Assembly (NCBI RefSeq): GCF_006345805.1
Contig: NC_042997.1
Coordinates: 166,656,001-166,720,000 of the forward strand
From: Octopus sinensis
Taxonomy: Eukaryota
DNA: 64,000 nucleotides
Direction of reading: 5' to 3'
Positions 1 through 13,082 of the stretch are shown here, piece after piece (positions within the stretch are counted from its first letter, which is position 1; every line of letters begins with the position of its first letter). The position numbers and the translations under genes were made by a program. Under the pieces are notes generated by a model. It was not told the DNA's origin, made no database searches, and worked only from the letters and a program-made list of their open reading frames with translations.

Positions 1-154
1 TCGAATTAAAATCTCCCACCAAACCTTAGTCACAATTTAGGTTCCTAACACTAGCTTAATGATAACTAAGTTACTTTACTAAATTCTTTGTTATATTTAA
101 AATAATTGAAAGAAACAGAGCATCTCAAAATAAATATGGTAATGAAAGGGTTAA
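1..154 (-). mobile_element. piggyBac-like TTAA MITE, truncated by the window edge
   Basis: Ends ...AATGAAAGGG|TTAA (141-154). The body is the reverse complement of the complete copies at 31338-31558 and 36874-37091. Confidence 0.8.
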
Positions 155-189
155 CGTGTCCTTAGTGTTTATTGCTCCTGCTTATCTTC

Positions 190-700
190 CACATACAAAA
201 ACTACTTTCTCTGTTAGTCTTCCAGTGATTCCACTGCACTTCTTGTGTGCCCATAGCTTGCACTGGGTATACTGTATGGAATTCCTGCCTACACCTTTCC
301 TACATATCAAGTAAAGTTATGTACTAGAAGGGAGTACAATCCTGTTTGTTTTCCTGCTAACTAGAACTTTGATCTTTACAAAGTTAACATTAATCTCCTT
401 TGATTCAAGGTTTTGCTTCCATGCCTGAAATTGCTTTCCTTATTCTACTACAGGTTCTACTATAAGACTAAGGCTATCAACAAGAGCAGCTTGTCTTAAA
501 TTCCTCTCTTATGGCATGAAAGACAATGGTGAATAGAAGGGAAATTCTTTTATTGGTCCTGTCATTTTTATATATGGTTTTACAGCTACAATATACTTTC
601 TGCCATTAGCCTCCTCAACCAAATAATTCACTTTCCTCAACACTAGCATCAATGGATTTCAATCCAACATTGATCTTAATTACTACTGATACCCATTTTA
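190..700 (-). mobile_element. Decayed RTE-clade LINE reverse-transcriptase fragment
   Basis: Broken minus-strand translation resembles the RT fragment at 21646-22170 (WKQNLESKG region) and continues toward a YPC..C.KGVG-like Cys motif; many stops and frameshifts. Confidence 0.5.
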
Positions 701-1084
701 TTGTTTACTTCAAGAAGGGAGCCTCATGTGATTGTTCAACTGACCAGAAATAGCAATCAAATCTCCCTCAAATAAAATTGGAGCATTACTATTTCTGAAA
801 AAGGAGAAGGAATGGCCAAGGACTGCTTACCTCTGACCCTACACCTGATCTACAAGGGCCAACCTAAGATTGAATAACAGCAACGGCCATACTGCTGCCA
901 CCAATTATACATTTCTGAAATGCTGATATTTGATCTTTTATCTCTAATCCATCCTACAAAAAATTCTGCTCCTCCGAAATAGCAAATAGTGTACTAAAGC
1001 AGAATCAGAATCAATGTTTCCTCCTTTCATCCCTCACCCTTACTTTGTCTCACCCCTACTACAAACACTGCACTAAATATTATT

Positions 1085-1575
1085 TCACATATCGGATCGT
1101 AGAGTGACCCGCTGTTCTTGAGGAGATCTACTGAGTCAAGTACGTCAACATCAAAATAAAAATCAAATGGAAATTGTAGTTAAGACACCCATGCCAGTGG
1201 CACGTAAAAAGCACCGTCAGATCGTGGCAGATGCCAGATAAAAGTCAAATGGAAATCATAGTTAAGACACCCGTGCCGGTGACATGTAAAAAGCACCGTC
1301 TGAACATGGCAGATGCCAGTGCCGCCTAACCGGCGTCCATGTCGGTGACACGTGAAAGCACCAACCGATCATGGCCGTTTGCCAGCATGCACTGGCCCCT
1401 GTGCCAGTGGCACGTAAAAAACACCCACTACACTGACAGAGTGGTTGGCATTAGGAAGGGCATCCAGTTGTAGAAACACTGCTAAATCAGACTAGAGCCT
1501 GGTGCAGCCTCCATGGCTTACCAGACCCCAGTCGAACCATCCAACCCATGCAAGCATGGAAAACGGATGATGATG
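1085..1575 (+). mobile_element. Non-autonomous retro-element with ~60-bp internal subrepeats and RTE-type 3' tail ending in (GAT)n
   Basis: Repeated GTGGCACGTAAAAAGCACC units, then TTAGGAAGGGCATCCAG...CCAACCCATGC..GCATGGAAA..GATGATGATG; same family as 40955-41305, 41580-43400, 46385-46855 and 51605-51895. Confidence 0.8.
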
Positions 1576-2214
1576 ATATATTTCGACTTCACTCTACTTT
1601 TCTCACTGGGATAACAATAACAAATATTTTCAGTTACTCTGAATCAAGGTCTCTAAGTTAAATCTGCTGTCTCTGTAGTTTGCCAAACTCCTTCAGCTGC
1701 TTGCAACTATTTATCTGTACTTTGTGAATAAATATCTGAAGTCAACATCCCCAGTGACTACAACATACACAACTTCTCTCACATGGACAACACTGGTGCA
1801 GAGTATCCTCACCTATCCACATCACTGGCACACAACCTTTTCTAATTATTATTGATCTCTTTCCTTCTTTAAACCCAGTTTTACCAAGCCAATACACCAA
1901 TTAGATTATCTGAGCAGAGCCCAATAAAAGTAAGCCATTCACTGCCATTTACAGCAAAAAATCTGACCCCAAACCCTCTTGCATTTCAAGTTAAGTTAAC
2001 TAGTTGGAGCATTGCTGGTTCTACCCTAACAATCCAAGTCAGTAAATATACTTCCCAGCTGGTCCACTTGAGCTAGTTAAATGAGTAACCTGTTAAGTAT
2101 GTTCTTTCACACTTGTCATACACCAAAACCAGAGCCTCATAAACCAATGAAAAGATCTTCTACATGACTACTCAACTTGCTAAAAATAGCAGTTAGATTG
2201 TCTCTCATGTCATA

Positions 2215-2449
2215 TCTATTTCTTTACTACCCACAAGAGGCTAAACACAAAGAGGACAAACAAGGACAGACAAATAGATTAAGTTGATTATATCGACCCC
2301 AGTGTGTAACTGGTACTTAATTTATCAACCCCGAAAGGATGAAAGGCAAAGTTGACCTCGGTGGAATTTGAACTCAGAACGTCGCGGCAGACGAAATACC
2401 GTTAAGCATTTCCCCCGGCACGCTAACGTTTCTGCCAGCTCGCCGCCTT
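2215..2449 (-). mobile_element. SINE family A (GAGCTGGCAGAA head / GTCGACTTTGCCTTTCATCC core)
   Basis: Reverse complement of the full-length TSD-bounded copy at 61971-62188. Confidence 0.9.
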
Positions 2450-3295
2450 TGTCTCTCATGCTTTTTAGGGAAAAAAAAACAGGACATGAGGTCCACCATT
2501 CGGAAAAAATAAGAAAAAAATGGGATGATCATAATTAGAACACATTTAACTACAGATGTGAATGATAAGAAGAAGAAGAACAACAACAACAATCTACAAT
2601 TAGCAAATGCTGCAAGTGCAGTAGCACTGTGCAGAGCAAGTGAACAAAAGAGTCTTATCTACAATACCTACAAAAGCTTCTGCTCCTTCGAAATAATAAA
2701 CTGTACTGAAGCAGAATCAATGTTTCCTCTTCTCATTCATCACTCCTATTTTGTATCACTTCCACAACAAACACTGTACTAAATATTATTCCTAAACCTT
2801 CTTCCAACAGACCTTGAAACCCTTTGGTTCATGTTTTGCAGATGTTCAAGCTGGACATCAACCTCAGTCTGGGAGAGTCTGCAGAGAAATGAAGGGGTCC
2901 TGACATTCTTCCTCCAACTAAATAACAAATGTATCAGAATTTGTGAAGCACAACTTTTCAGCCCTATCAAATATAGGTTAACCCACTGGTATCCAGATTT
3001 CTCCATTCACATGTAGAGCTTATTTATGCACACTGTTGTGAATTAACTATGTATTATCTCATAGCTTCAAGATTACTTTTCCATGCTTGCATGGGTCAGA
3101 CAGATTTCATTGAGGCAGATTTTCTGTGGTTGGATGCTTTTCCATCACCCCCCAATACTTGTTTTCAAGCAATGTAATATTCCTCCATGGCCAGATATAT
3201 TTTAAATGAAAGACTGGAAACAAATAACACCCTTATGTGACACCCATAATAGTTTGTAATTATCACATGATGTTAAGACATGGGTACAAACAAAC

Positions 3296-3349
<54 letters not shown>

Positions 3350-3351
<2 letters not shown>

Positions 3352-3510
3352 TCATTCAGTAGATTTCTTTCCGTTTCTGTTTACCAAATCCTCTCACAGC
3401 TTTGGTTGACCCTGAGCTACAGCAGAATATATTTGCCCAAGGTGTCCAAGGTGGGACTGAACCTGAAACTGCATGGTTGGGAGGTAGATTTCTCTAAATC
3501 ACACAGCAGG

Positions 3511-3512
<2 letters not shown>
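3350..3512 (-). mobile_element. tRNA-derived SINE family B, 5' half
   Basis: Reverse complement of 9128-9300 (GCTGTGTGGTAAG...CTTGGGCAAGTGTCTTCT), flanked by (TA)n. Confidence 0.7.
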
Positions 3513-3551
<39 letters not shown>

Positions 3552-4574
3552 AATTAACAAGAAATGATTATGCAGCAAAGTAAACAAATATTAGTCAATG
3601 ATTAATAGAATTTTAATTATACTACCAAGTATGGGAAACAAATCAGGACATGATTCAGTCTTGTTATGATCTAATTAACAAAGCATATATTTTATTGTAT
3701 TTGCAGAGATAGTGATGGCAGAATCACTATGTAAGCACCCAATAATGTAAGTATATTGGAGAGCATAGCAAAATAGAATTATTTAGCGAATAAAAGTTGT
3801 TAGCTGGATGCCATGACGATTAGAACATAAAGTAATGATCATTTTAAAAATTAATCATTCTGTTAATTATCCAAAACAGTAGCAAGTTCAAAAAGGCAAC
3901 ATGTGGAACTCGACAAATGGAAGTTTTTAAAGTTTCAGTGATTAAAATACATTGCACTTTGTATCACATCCACTTCGTAGCAAAGCAGAGTTAATTAGTT
4001 TCCTTGTATAATAAACTACTTCCTTTTAAACAACAACAAAATGGCTATGTGGTCATTTTCCCTGCTAGAAATAACAGCCAAATCTCTCTTAAATTACACA
4101 CTAGCAGGATCTCTAGAGATAATAGACAAGTTTCTGTTACCTAGTTGAAGTGACCAAATTAATTGTAAAGATGTCCTGAAAGTATGGTAACCAGAATAAG
4201 AACATGCTTGAGAAAGTCCAAGGAGCTACTTCTGCTGTTAATAGCAAAAGTTTTCTCTCTCAGAATGAAAGGCAAGCTGAATGGTGTCTGTGTATGAAGC
4301 CCTGTCAATTTTCATGCTTCTATGCCCCTTTTTATTCATCTTCTTGGACACCAGTATGAAGTAACCACAAATATCTCCCACAACAAATGTATCTTTACTC
4401 TTCCCATCATACATTAACCTCTCAACACCTCACATAGAGTAACCACTGTCTATTCCCCTTTCAGACAAAGGGGCTTTTTAGTTTCACAAGTTACAAGGCA
4501 ATCTCACTAGTAATGGTGTCATTAAAAAAAGTGCGCACTGCATGCATACATACACACATAGATGATGATGATAA

Positions 4575-5320
4575 TCCTTTCTACTATAGGCAGAAGGTTT
4601 GAAATTTTGGGGGAGGGAGTTAGTCAGTAACACCGACGTCAGTGCTCAACTGGTACTTATTTTATTGACCCTGAAAGGATGAAAGGGTTCTTTCGATTAT
4701 AGGCCCAAGGCCTGAAATTTTGTGAGGAGGGGGTTAATCAATTACATCGACTCCAGTGCTTCACTGGTACTTAATTTATCGACCCCCAAAAGGATAACAG
4801 GCAAAGCCTACCTGGGCAGAATTTGAAGTCAAAACGTAATGACAGATGGGATGCCACTAAACATTTTTACCTGGCGTGCTAACAATTCTGCTAGCTCAGA
4901 CAAATACATAACAAAAACACCAGGACTTACAAACACATATAACATACAGAAAATTGCACTACTAGGCACTGCATACATCCTACGCAGAACACTTTCCATA
5001 CAATAACCATCAGAGCATCACAACAAATCACAGCACATACCCAAGGCACACAGAGCTGCGCTCGGTAGTGAAGTGAAAGCACGCTATAAAAATAAAACTA
5101 CAGAATAATAATAATAATAATAATGGCTTCAAATTTTGGCATAAGACCAGCAATTTCAAGGGAGGGGATAAGTTGATTACATTGGCCTCAACATTTAACT
5201 GATACTTTATCAATCCCAAAAGGATGGAAGGCAAGATCAACCCTGGTGGAGTTTGAACTCAGAATGTAAAGACAGACAAAATGCTGCTAAGCATTTCATT
5301 CAGCATGTTAACAATTTTGC
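4575..5320 (-). mobile_element. Three partial SINE family A copies
   Basis: Repeated CTGGTACTTA..TTATCGACCC.GAAAGGATGAAAGGCAA motifs near 4650, 4760 and 5200. Confidence 0.8.
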
Positions 5321-6768
5321 TTTAGTTTTACTTTGGATATTAAGAGTTTGTTATATTTTCTGTATATAAAAAGAGAAAAAAATCTTTCATAAAATTCTGT
5401 GTCCTCAAAATATTTTCTTATGGAAAAAAGAAAAAAAAAAAGAAGTAAAAGAAGAAATGAATTTTAAGAAACTCTGCTGAAGGTTTCTAAGAACAAGTGC
5501 AGTAATAAAAACACTTGAAACAACAGAAGTTATATGGCTTACTTAAATATATCTACAACTGGATAGGACTAGACTGTTTTGAAATAGCATTTTGAGGCAT
5601 AACAGAGTATATTGGGCATATTTGAACATAATATATTATAAATTATATATTTATAAGTTATAATTCACATGTATAAATATTCACTTAATGTATTAAATAT
5701 GTTAAGCGGATGTAATGTAGAAGATGATAAGACTGTATTAGTAGCATTGACTGATTATAACATTTCAGTGGAAGTTAGTTACTGAATGCAGGTTAAAGAA
5801 CAGAACTTCACATAAACAGAACTTCACCATTAACACTGGTGTTGCTAGATGCCAGCCGATGATGATGACAAAGTGGTTCTCTTTGTTTTAGAATTCAGAA
5901 ATATTAAATTATCCCTTTTCTAAAGAATAAAATTTAGCACAAAGAAGTAAGTTACTTACATATCCTAGCAACTGGATAAGTGCATTACACAACATTGTTT
6001 AACCACTGAAGGAATGCCTCTGGCAATGTGAGATAAGTGGGTTTTTTTCTTTTGTTTTTCTCTCTCTCTCTTCCTTATTTTACTAAAGAGTTAAAGTGGT
6101 CCAGAGATATGATGCTGTCGAAAGGTTCTCGCAGAGTAAAGTTAAACTCAGCTAGGTAACATAGTTATATAATGAAAAATGTAATTGTTTTATGGACCAA
6201 CAAGTACAGAAAACATCAACGCTTTTGTTATTCAACAACGTAGAACAATTTTAATGACAATGAGGATGATTAGGCATTTCTCTTTCTTGATTGCATATCA
6301 ACCAGGAACTCCAGTAGTCACATAACTGAAGGTCACTTTCAGTTTGACATGTAATCAGTTGTAGTTGTCAGTTGGGTTGTTTAGTGTCATATAAAGCTCT
6401 TCTTCTTGGCACAAATGCGCACGCTCACCCCCAAAGTTAGGATAAAAGGCCACTGTTGTTATTGTTTACAAAGAAGTGTTTCAGTGGGTTAATTATACAC
6501 GACAGATATAAAATCAAGTGCTTTCTGAGTTACCAAGTATTTGGACCTTAACATCTATGCTGTTATTAAGGATGTCATTTCAGATTTTGCAATTTTACAA
6601 GGATGTCATTTCAGAACTTACAATTATTAACATGCTAACTGCTATGTGTCAGACCAGTGGTTCATCGCAAACTTCACAAAACTGCCAGTAACAGATTGTA
6701 GTGATTAACATGTTAAACTCCAACCATATTTTAGTATGTAGAATGATTTATTGCGTAGTGGTATACCT

Positions 6769-7003
6769 GAGGCAGCAAGCTGGCAGAAACGTTAGCACTT
6801 CAGGTGAAATGCTTAGCGATATTTCGTCTGCTGCTACGTTCTGAGTTCAAATTCCGCTGAGGTTGACTTTGCTTTTCATCCTTTCGAGGTTGATTAAATA
6901 AGTACCAGTTATGCATTGGGGTCGATATAATCGACTTAATCCGTTTGTGTGTCCTTGTTTGTCCTCTCTGTGTTTAGCCCCTCGTGAGTAGTAAAGAAAT
7001 AGG
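6769..7003 (+). mobile_element. SINE family A, full length
   Basis: GCAGCAAGCTGGCAGAAACGTTAGC...TTCTGAGTTCAAATTCCGCTGAGGTTGACTTTGC...GTAGTAAAGAAATAG. Confidence 0.9.
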
Positions 7004-8643
7004 TATACCTGAGAGATTTCAGATGTTCACAATTCTATACATAAATAATATTAATTTCTTTTGAGAAGACCAATATTTTTTGTGGAAAGGGCAGATGATT
7101 AATAGAAATGGTAATGTTAATTGAAATACCTTAATAACGAGCCTTAATATTTGGAGTTCAAATCCTGCCGGGGTTGACTTTGCTTTTCATCCCTCTGAGG
7201 TTGATAAAATAGAGACTATATCCCTTCTTTATCAATTCAAGAAATCATGCCAAAATTAGTAACTAATACTTATAGCAGTAAGTGTATTGAATTGAATCAA
7301 CCCTAATTTTCTGACTTCTTACATTAGCATAAAGCCTCCCCAAATACCACAATAGATAGTGGTGAATGTTATCTCATGAATGATAGCAGTGGTGACTTGC
7401 TATTTTGCTAACCAGAATGTCAAACGTCACTATCTCTCTCTCATTAACCTTGCAGGATAGCAAATGTTACTGCTATCTCAACTCATTAGTGTAGCATCAA
7501 AACTTGTAAAAACCAACCCTAAGAGCAATCCTCTACACGTCACTTGACCAGCCAGAAATATCTGCTAAATTTACCCCAAAACCATCTCACTGACATATAA
7601 AGGATATGTTAGATAATTTAATCGCATATATATTATGCTTGAAAACAAACTGGATGGAATGTTTTGGACCACAAGTCAATTAAATCAGAAGTGACTTTAG
7701 GTGAAACAATAATATATCAAGGTAGTGAATTTTATTTATTTTTACTTCTTAAAGCAAACAACGTAAAAGGTGATGAACTGAGAAGATAAACTTTAAAAAA
7801 AAAAAAGGGAATCATTTAGAAAACAATGTTTATTACTCGCTTTTATTTGTCAATTCCATTATCAACTGCAGACTATGGACAAAAATCTATAGTGATTTGC
7901 TAAAAATGGCCAAATCTCCTCAAACAAACACTGTTAACATAAGAGAATTTTACAATGCTTTCTAGTGCAAGCCAAATGATAACAAGTTGAGCAAGTAATA
8001 ACATTTGTTAGCCTCTATAATTAATGAGATGCACAGTAACATTCAACATCCTTTTTAATTAAGAAGATATGTAGTATTCACTGAGTTACCAGTTAGCTTA
8101 ATAGTAAGCAGTACAACAGTTAGCTGGAACTATCAGATTCTCTAGGTTAAAAAGGAACATTTGATTTAACGCTTGGTTCTTCATTATGCAGCAAACTGCA
8201 CTGTTTAAGTCTGGGTTTCTGTTCTAAGGCTGGAAAATAGTACATAGTTTGGGACACACAAGTACCAGCATAGCACTTGAAGCAGTAGTAACAGAATGAC
8301 AGAAGTGAGGTTGTGCTTAGAGTTGGGGAAGAGACATTAGAATAGTAGCAGAAATATTTTGGAAAGCAGAGGTTAATGCAACAGCAATGTAAAGATTAGG
8401 AGATGTAATTTCAGTGCTATATGATATATTAATTGTTAAACCTTTGTGGGCTGGAGAGGTTGGAATTACACAAAAGGCCATTGGGGTCCCCTTTTATTTT
8501 TGCACATTTAAACACTATCCTAAAGTAATATTTGTTTAATCTTGTATATATGTGTGAGTGCAAGATACAGAACAAGAAATTTAGCACTTCTTTTTATAGT
8601 TTTATAAACTATATAAACAAAATTATTTAGTATATCGATTTGT

Positions 8644-8944
8644 GTGGAGGCGCAATAGCCCAGTGGTTAGGGCAGCGGACTCGCAGTCGTAGGATTGCGG
8701 TTTCGATTCCCAGACTGGGCGTTGTGTGTGTTTATTAAGCGAAAACACCTAAAAGCTCCACGAGGCTCCGGAAGGGGGTGGTAATCCCTGCTGTACTCTT
8801 TCACCACTCTTTCTCTCTTTCTTCTCTTGGCCTGCTCGCTTAGCCAGCAGAGTGGTGTCGTTCGAAGGCTAAAACAATGCGAACGCATTGTGACCAGCGA
8901 TGTGTAGCAACATCTGATGGTCTGGTCGGTCACGTGATCACATG
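8644..8944 (+). mobile_element. tRNA-Arg-headed SINE (OR-type) with 12-bp TSD
   Basis: A box TAGCCCAGTGG, anticodon-like loop CTCGC (TCG), B box GTTTCGATTCC. TSD ATATCGATTTGT at 8632-8643 and 8945-8956. Confidence 0.9.
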
Positions 8945-9024
8945 ATATCGATTTGTACCAGTACAAATATGAAGAAAATTGACTTATAGTTCATCAGAAT
9001 ATCTGAAAAAAGAACAGAAAAATA

Positions 9025-9665
9025 TAATTCACAGAAGGCCAATGGGATCCAGTTGGACCCCAACGACTATATTTTATGCTATAATATCCATATGACTAGA
9101 AATTTTAAACTCAAAATTTGTATGTTATAGGCGCAGGAGTGGCTGTGTGGTAAGTAGCTTGCTAACCAACCACATGGTTCCAGGTTCAGTCCCACTGCGT
9201 GGCATCTTGGGCAAGTGTCTTCTGCTATAACCCCGGGCTGACCAATGCCTTGTGAGTGGATTTGGTAGACGGAATCTGAAAGAAGCCTGTCGTATATATG
9301 TGTATATATATATATATGTGTATGTGTGTGTGTGTCTGTGTTTGTTCCCCTAGCATTGCTTGACAACCGATGCTGGTGTGTTTACGTCCCCGTCACTTAG
9401 CAGTTCAGCAAAAGAGACTGATAGAATAAGTACTGGGCTTACAAAGAATAAGTCCCGGGGTTGATTTGCTCGACTAAAAGTGGTGCTCCAGCATGGCCGC
9501 AGTCAAATGACTGAAACAAGTAAAAAAGAAAAAAAAAAAAGATGTGCATACATAAACTATATAAGTCATGAGATATAAAATTATTTAAATAAAAAATGTA
9601 AAAGTTGCATAACTTTTAAAATTTGCTGGGGTCCTAAGGGACCCCATTGGCCCATGAAGGGTTAA
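9025..9665. mobile_element. Decayed piggyBac-like MITE interrupted by a SINE
   Basis: Imperfect terminal inverted repeats GGCCAATGGGATCC..GGACCCCA (9037-9062) and TGGGGTCC..GGGACCCCATTGGCC...GGG|TTAA (9627-9665). Confidence 0.45.
9128..9540 (+). mobile_element. tRNA-derived SINE family B, full length with RTE-like tail
   Basis: ATAGGCGCAGGAGTGGCTGTGTGG head, internal (TA)/(TG) tract, tail CCAGCATGGCCGCAGTCAAATGACTGAAACAAGTAAAA; near-identical tails at 37911-38120 and 53865-54090. Confidence 0.9.
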
Positions 9666-9779
9666 TTATATAGTGCATTGGGATTAACTTCCTATTCTTT
9701 AGAGACAGCAAATTGCAAAATTCTACTGTCCATGCCTTTTTCCAAGAGTATTTCCTAGAATATGAATATTAACAACAAC

Positions 9780-10709
9780 AATAATAATTTCTAATTAGGC
9801 ACAAGGATAGCAATTTTGACGAAAGGAATTTAGTTGAAAGCATTGTGTGCAGTACTTGACCAGTAGACTAGTACTTTATTTCATCATCCCTGGAAGGATG
9901 CAAGTTGAGCTTGATGGGATTTGAAATCAAAACATAAAGTGCTAGAAGAACTGCAAGGTATTTAATAGGATGCTCTAATGTTTCTGCTAATAATAATTGT
10001 TTCTAAAGCAGACACAATGCCTGAGATTTGGGTGGAGAGAGGTCAGTCAATTAAATCAACCCCAGTACTTGACTGATACTTTCTTTTATTGAACCAGAGG
10101 GGATGCAAGGTAAAGTTGGCCCCAGCAGGATTTGAACTTAGAACTTAAAGAGCCAGAACAAATACTGTGTGACATTTCATCCGACATGCTAACAAGCCTG
10201 TCTATCCACTGCCTTAATAATAATAATAATAATAATGATAATGGTTTCAAATTTTGCCACAAGGGCAGCAATTTTGGGGAAGGGGTTAAGTCAATTACAT
10301 CGACCCCAGTGTACATCTGGTATTAATTTTATCAACCCCGAAAGGATGAAAGACAAAGATGACGTCAATGAAATTTGAACTCAGAATGTACCAGCAGACG
10401 AAATATCACCAAGCATTTGGTCTGGTGTGCTGATGATTCTGCCAGCTCACCGCTTTAATAATAATAATAACAATAATAATAATAATGATAATAATAATGA
10501 TTTCAAATTTTTGCCAGAAGGGCAGCTTGGGGAAGGGGATTAAGTCGATTACATCAACCCCAGTGCATAACTGGTACTTATTTCATTGACCCTGAAAGGA
10601 TGAAAGGCAAAATCGACCTCAATTGAATTTGAACTCAGAACGTACCAGCAGATGAAATACTGCTAAGCATTCCACTTGGCATGCTAATGATTCTGCCAGC
10701 TCACCACCT

Positions 10710-10746
<37 letters not shown>

Positions 10747-10935
10747 GGCTTCAAATTTTGTCACATAGGCAGCAATTTTGGGGAGGGGATAAGTCGATTA
10801 TATCAAGCCAAGTGTTCAACTGATACTTAAATTGATCTCAGCAGAATTTGAACTCAGGATGTAAAGGCGGACAAAATGCTGCTAAGCACTTTGACCAGTG
10901 TGCTAATGAGTCTGCCAGCTAACTGCCTTAACGAC
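9780..10935 (-). repeat. Head-to-tail array of ~5-6 SINE family A monomers separated by (AAT)n
   Basis: Units recur about every 230-250 bp (e.g. 10235-10460, 10490-10715, 10740-10935), each preceded by AATAATAAT tracts. Confidence 0.85.
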
Positions 10936-11479
10936 AATAATAAAGTTGTGGCTCTCCTGGCTTCTGGTCTTAACTGATTGGAAGTGTTATCATGTACATG
11001 TTTTGTCTTGGTATAAAAGATAAACTACAACAAATATTCTGCTCAATACCAGATTTGCTTGTCAGTTGCTTGACTATAAGCAGTTGAGCATGACCTTTAG
11101 TGGTTGATAATATGTGCATCTCTGGAGTAATAGGGGAGCATTATAGCCATGTGTTGAGAGGAATTCTTTGTGGTTTGAATAATTCTCATCATTCATTATT
11201 CTTAAACAAACCTTATTCAGGGATCTTTTGAGCAAGGTCTGTGCTGTTTATCTTGAGACGGGATCACCACGTTGCGCACATATGGTTTTGAGGCATGTGC
11301 CTGTTGTACTCTTATCAGATGTATAGTCATGGTGGATATATCGGGCTTCATATATTTGTAGCTTTTATATCCTTGCGTACTGGACATATAATATAATGAA
11401 GCAAGGGGAAAGAAAGTATTTACATGACGCACTATGATTACTATTACATGAGACTCAATGCTCTACATCACAGCTTACA

Positions 11480-12631
11480 GTGAATTGTTTACCAACCCAA
11501 ACTACTGATGACCCAACAATTGTCTATTTAATAAAAATGTCACTTTTAGTCACATGGGGGTGGTTGGAATCCTTCCACAACATCTCCCCCTTTTAGAATC
11601 AGTCTCTCCTATCTTCTCCCCTTTTGAGAATTGAACTCCACTCAGAGTTTTGATATCTCTTCCGTTCTTTTCCATTTTCTGGTGCTAGAACATGTAGTTT
11701 CAAATTGTTTGAGTGTTGGTACCTCAAACGTGTTGTACAATACTTCCATGGGGATTTCATTTCTTGTGACCATTTTTCTCACAAATTTTTTTTAAAGTTG
11801 GTTGATATATCTTTTGTGTTTGACATTTTTCCTTTTACCAGGAATATCATTCTTCCAATTTGTTTAATTATTATACTGTCCTCTCAGCTTTCTTTACCAT
11901 ATCTATAAGTTATTAGAAAAAACTTTATCACCTAACTTGAAGAATTATGAAGCATTTTTGTTGTTTGCCTTTTTTTATATTTTCACTCGGTATCAGCTTA
12001 TCAAAGATGGATCTGATCTTTCTAGCAAACATCAATTCTGCGGGTGACATTCCTGAGAGTATTGCCATATAGTGGTAGGTAATTTTTGCAGCTAAGGCAC
12101 ACCCTCTGCATGCTTTCACTGATTCTTCAATGTCACAGTCTATTGTTGGCTAGTATACATAACTTCTCATTAATGATTTCATTCTTGAAATCCCTGGGTG
12201 ACCAATATGAAATTCCTAGTCTTGATAGACGATCTGCATGACCTAATTTTTTGGATAGCATATACTCAATTTTGAAGTCAAAGTTTAATAATATTATATC
12301 CCAGCGTTGCAACCTATTAGCAGTATGGGTAGAGATTCCTTTTTTTCAACCCAAATAGCAATAGTAATGGATGATGATCAGTCTCTAGACGAAAACTTCT
12401 ACCGTGTAAAAATCTGTGGAATTTTTTCATGGCAAAAATAATCACTGGAGCTTCTTTTTCAATTTGACTATAGTTTTTCTCTGCTGATATCAGAGAACGT
12501 GAGGCATGAACCACTGCCTTCATGTTACTATCTTTATATCTATGTAGCATTACTGCTCCTATACCGTACTCAGAAGTGTCTGAAGCTACAACAATCTCCA
12601 CTGCAGGATCGAAGTGTGCTAGTAACAAATC
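11480..12631 (-). mobile_element. Ty3/Gypsy (K02A2.6-like) remnant: RNase H, integrase, PPT and start of 3' LTR
   Basis: DLLLAHFDPAVEIVVASDTSEYGIGAV...KNYSQIEKEA...TDHHPL (RNase H); EFHIGHPGISRMKSLMRSYVY*...VKACRGCALAAK (integrase zinc-binding region); SPAELMFARKIRSIFDKL. Purine tract AAAAGGGGGAGA is followed by TGTTG at 11582 on the minus strand. Confidence 0.85.
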
Positions 12632-13078
12632 AGGTCTTAATTGAATACCATTCTTGTGAATCTTAGGAAGACTGTACATGTGTGATAGTTTACAGTGGTG
12701 TTGAGTCAGTTGTCTGTACTTCATTGGTGTAAAGTGATCCTTGTTCTTGATCAAGACCTGTGACAACTTCCTCTCTGTTTTCAAATAGGGTCTTTCTTTA
12801 CTTTGCTGTAGCTACCATCACTTATAAGACTTGAGTTGACCCCAGACATGTTCAAGTGTTTAATTTTTATTTACATTTGACGGATGTTTGTTGTTAACAC
12901 AACATTTCAGTTGATATACCCTCCAGCCTTCTTCAGGTGTCTTGAGGAAATTTCGAACCCGTGTTCTCATTCCTAAGGTATTTTTCGATGTTATTATTAT
13001 TATTATTGTTCAGGTCACTGCTTGGAATCGAACTCGGAATCTTGGGGTTAGTAGCCTGCACTCTTAACCGCTAGGTCA
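12632..13078 (-). mobile_element. Internally deleted Penelope-like element: tRNA-like head, (AAT)n, hammerhead region, RT fragment
   Basis: RT motif HCKLSHMYSLPKIHKNGIQLRP (Penelope-type YGLPKIHK..PLRP) at 12632-12790; upstream hammerhead-like core at 12896-12941; A and B boxes at 13012-13078. Confidence 0.7.
12896..12941 (-). ncRNA. Degenerate minimal type-I hammerhead ribozyme motif
   Basis: Minus strand reads GACAC-CTGAAGA-AGGCTGGAGGGTATATCAACT-GAAA-TGTT-GTGTT: CUGANGA and GAAA cores, stem I GACAC/GTGTT, imperfect stem II. Confidence 0.55.
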
Positions 13079-13082
13079 TGTA

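Noticed and set aside
8644-8720. tRNA-Arg gene (also 29004-29080, 30013-30080, 35903-35975, 13012-13078)
   Set aside because: A and B boxes are present, but the acceptor stem is not complete and each head continues into SINE body, usually with TSDs.
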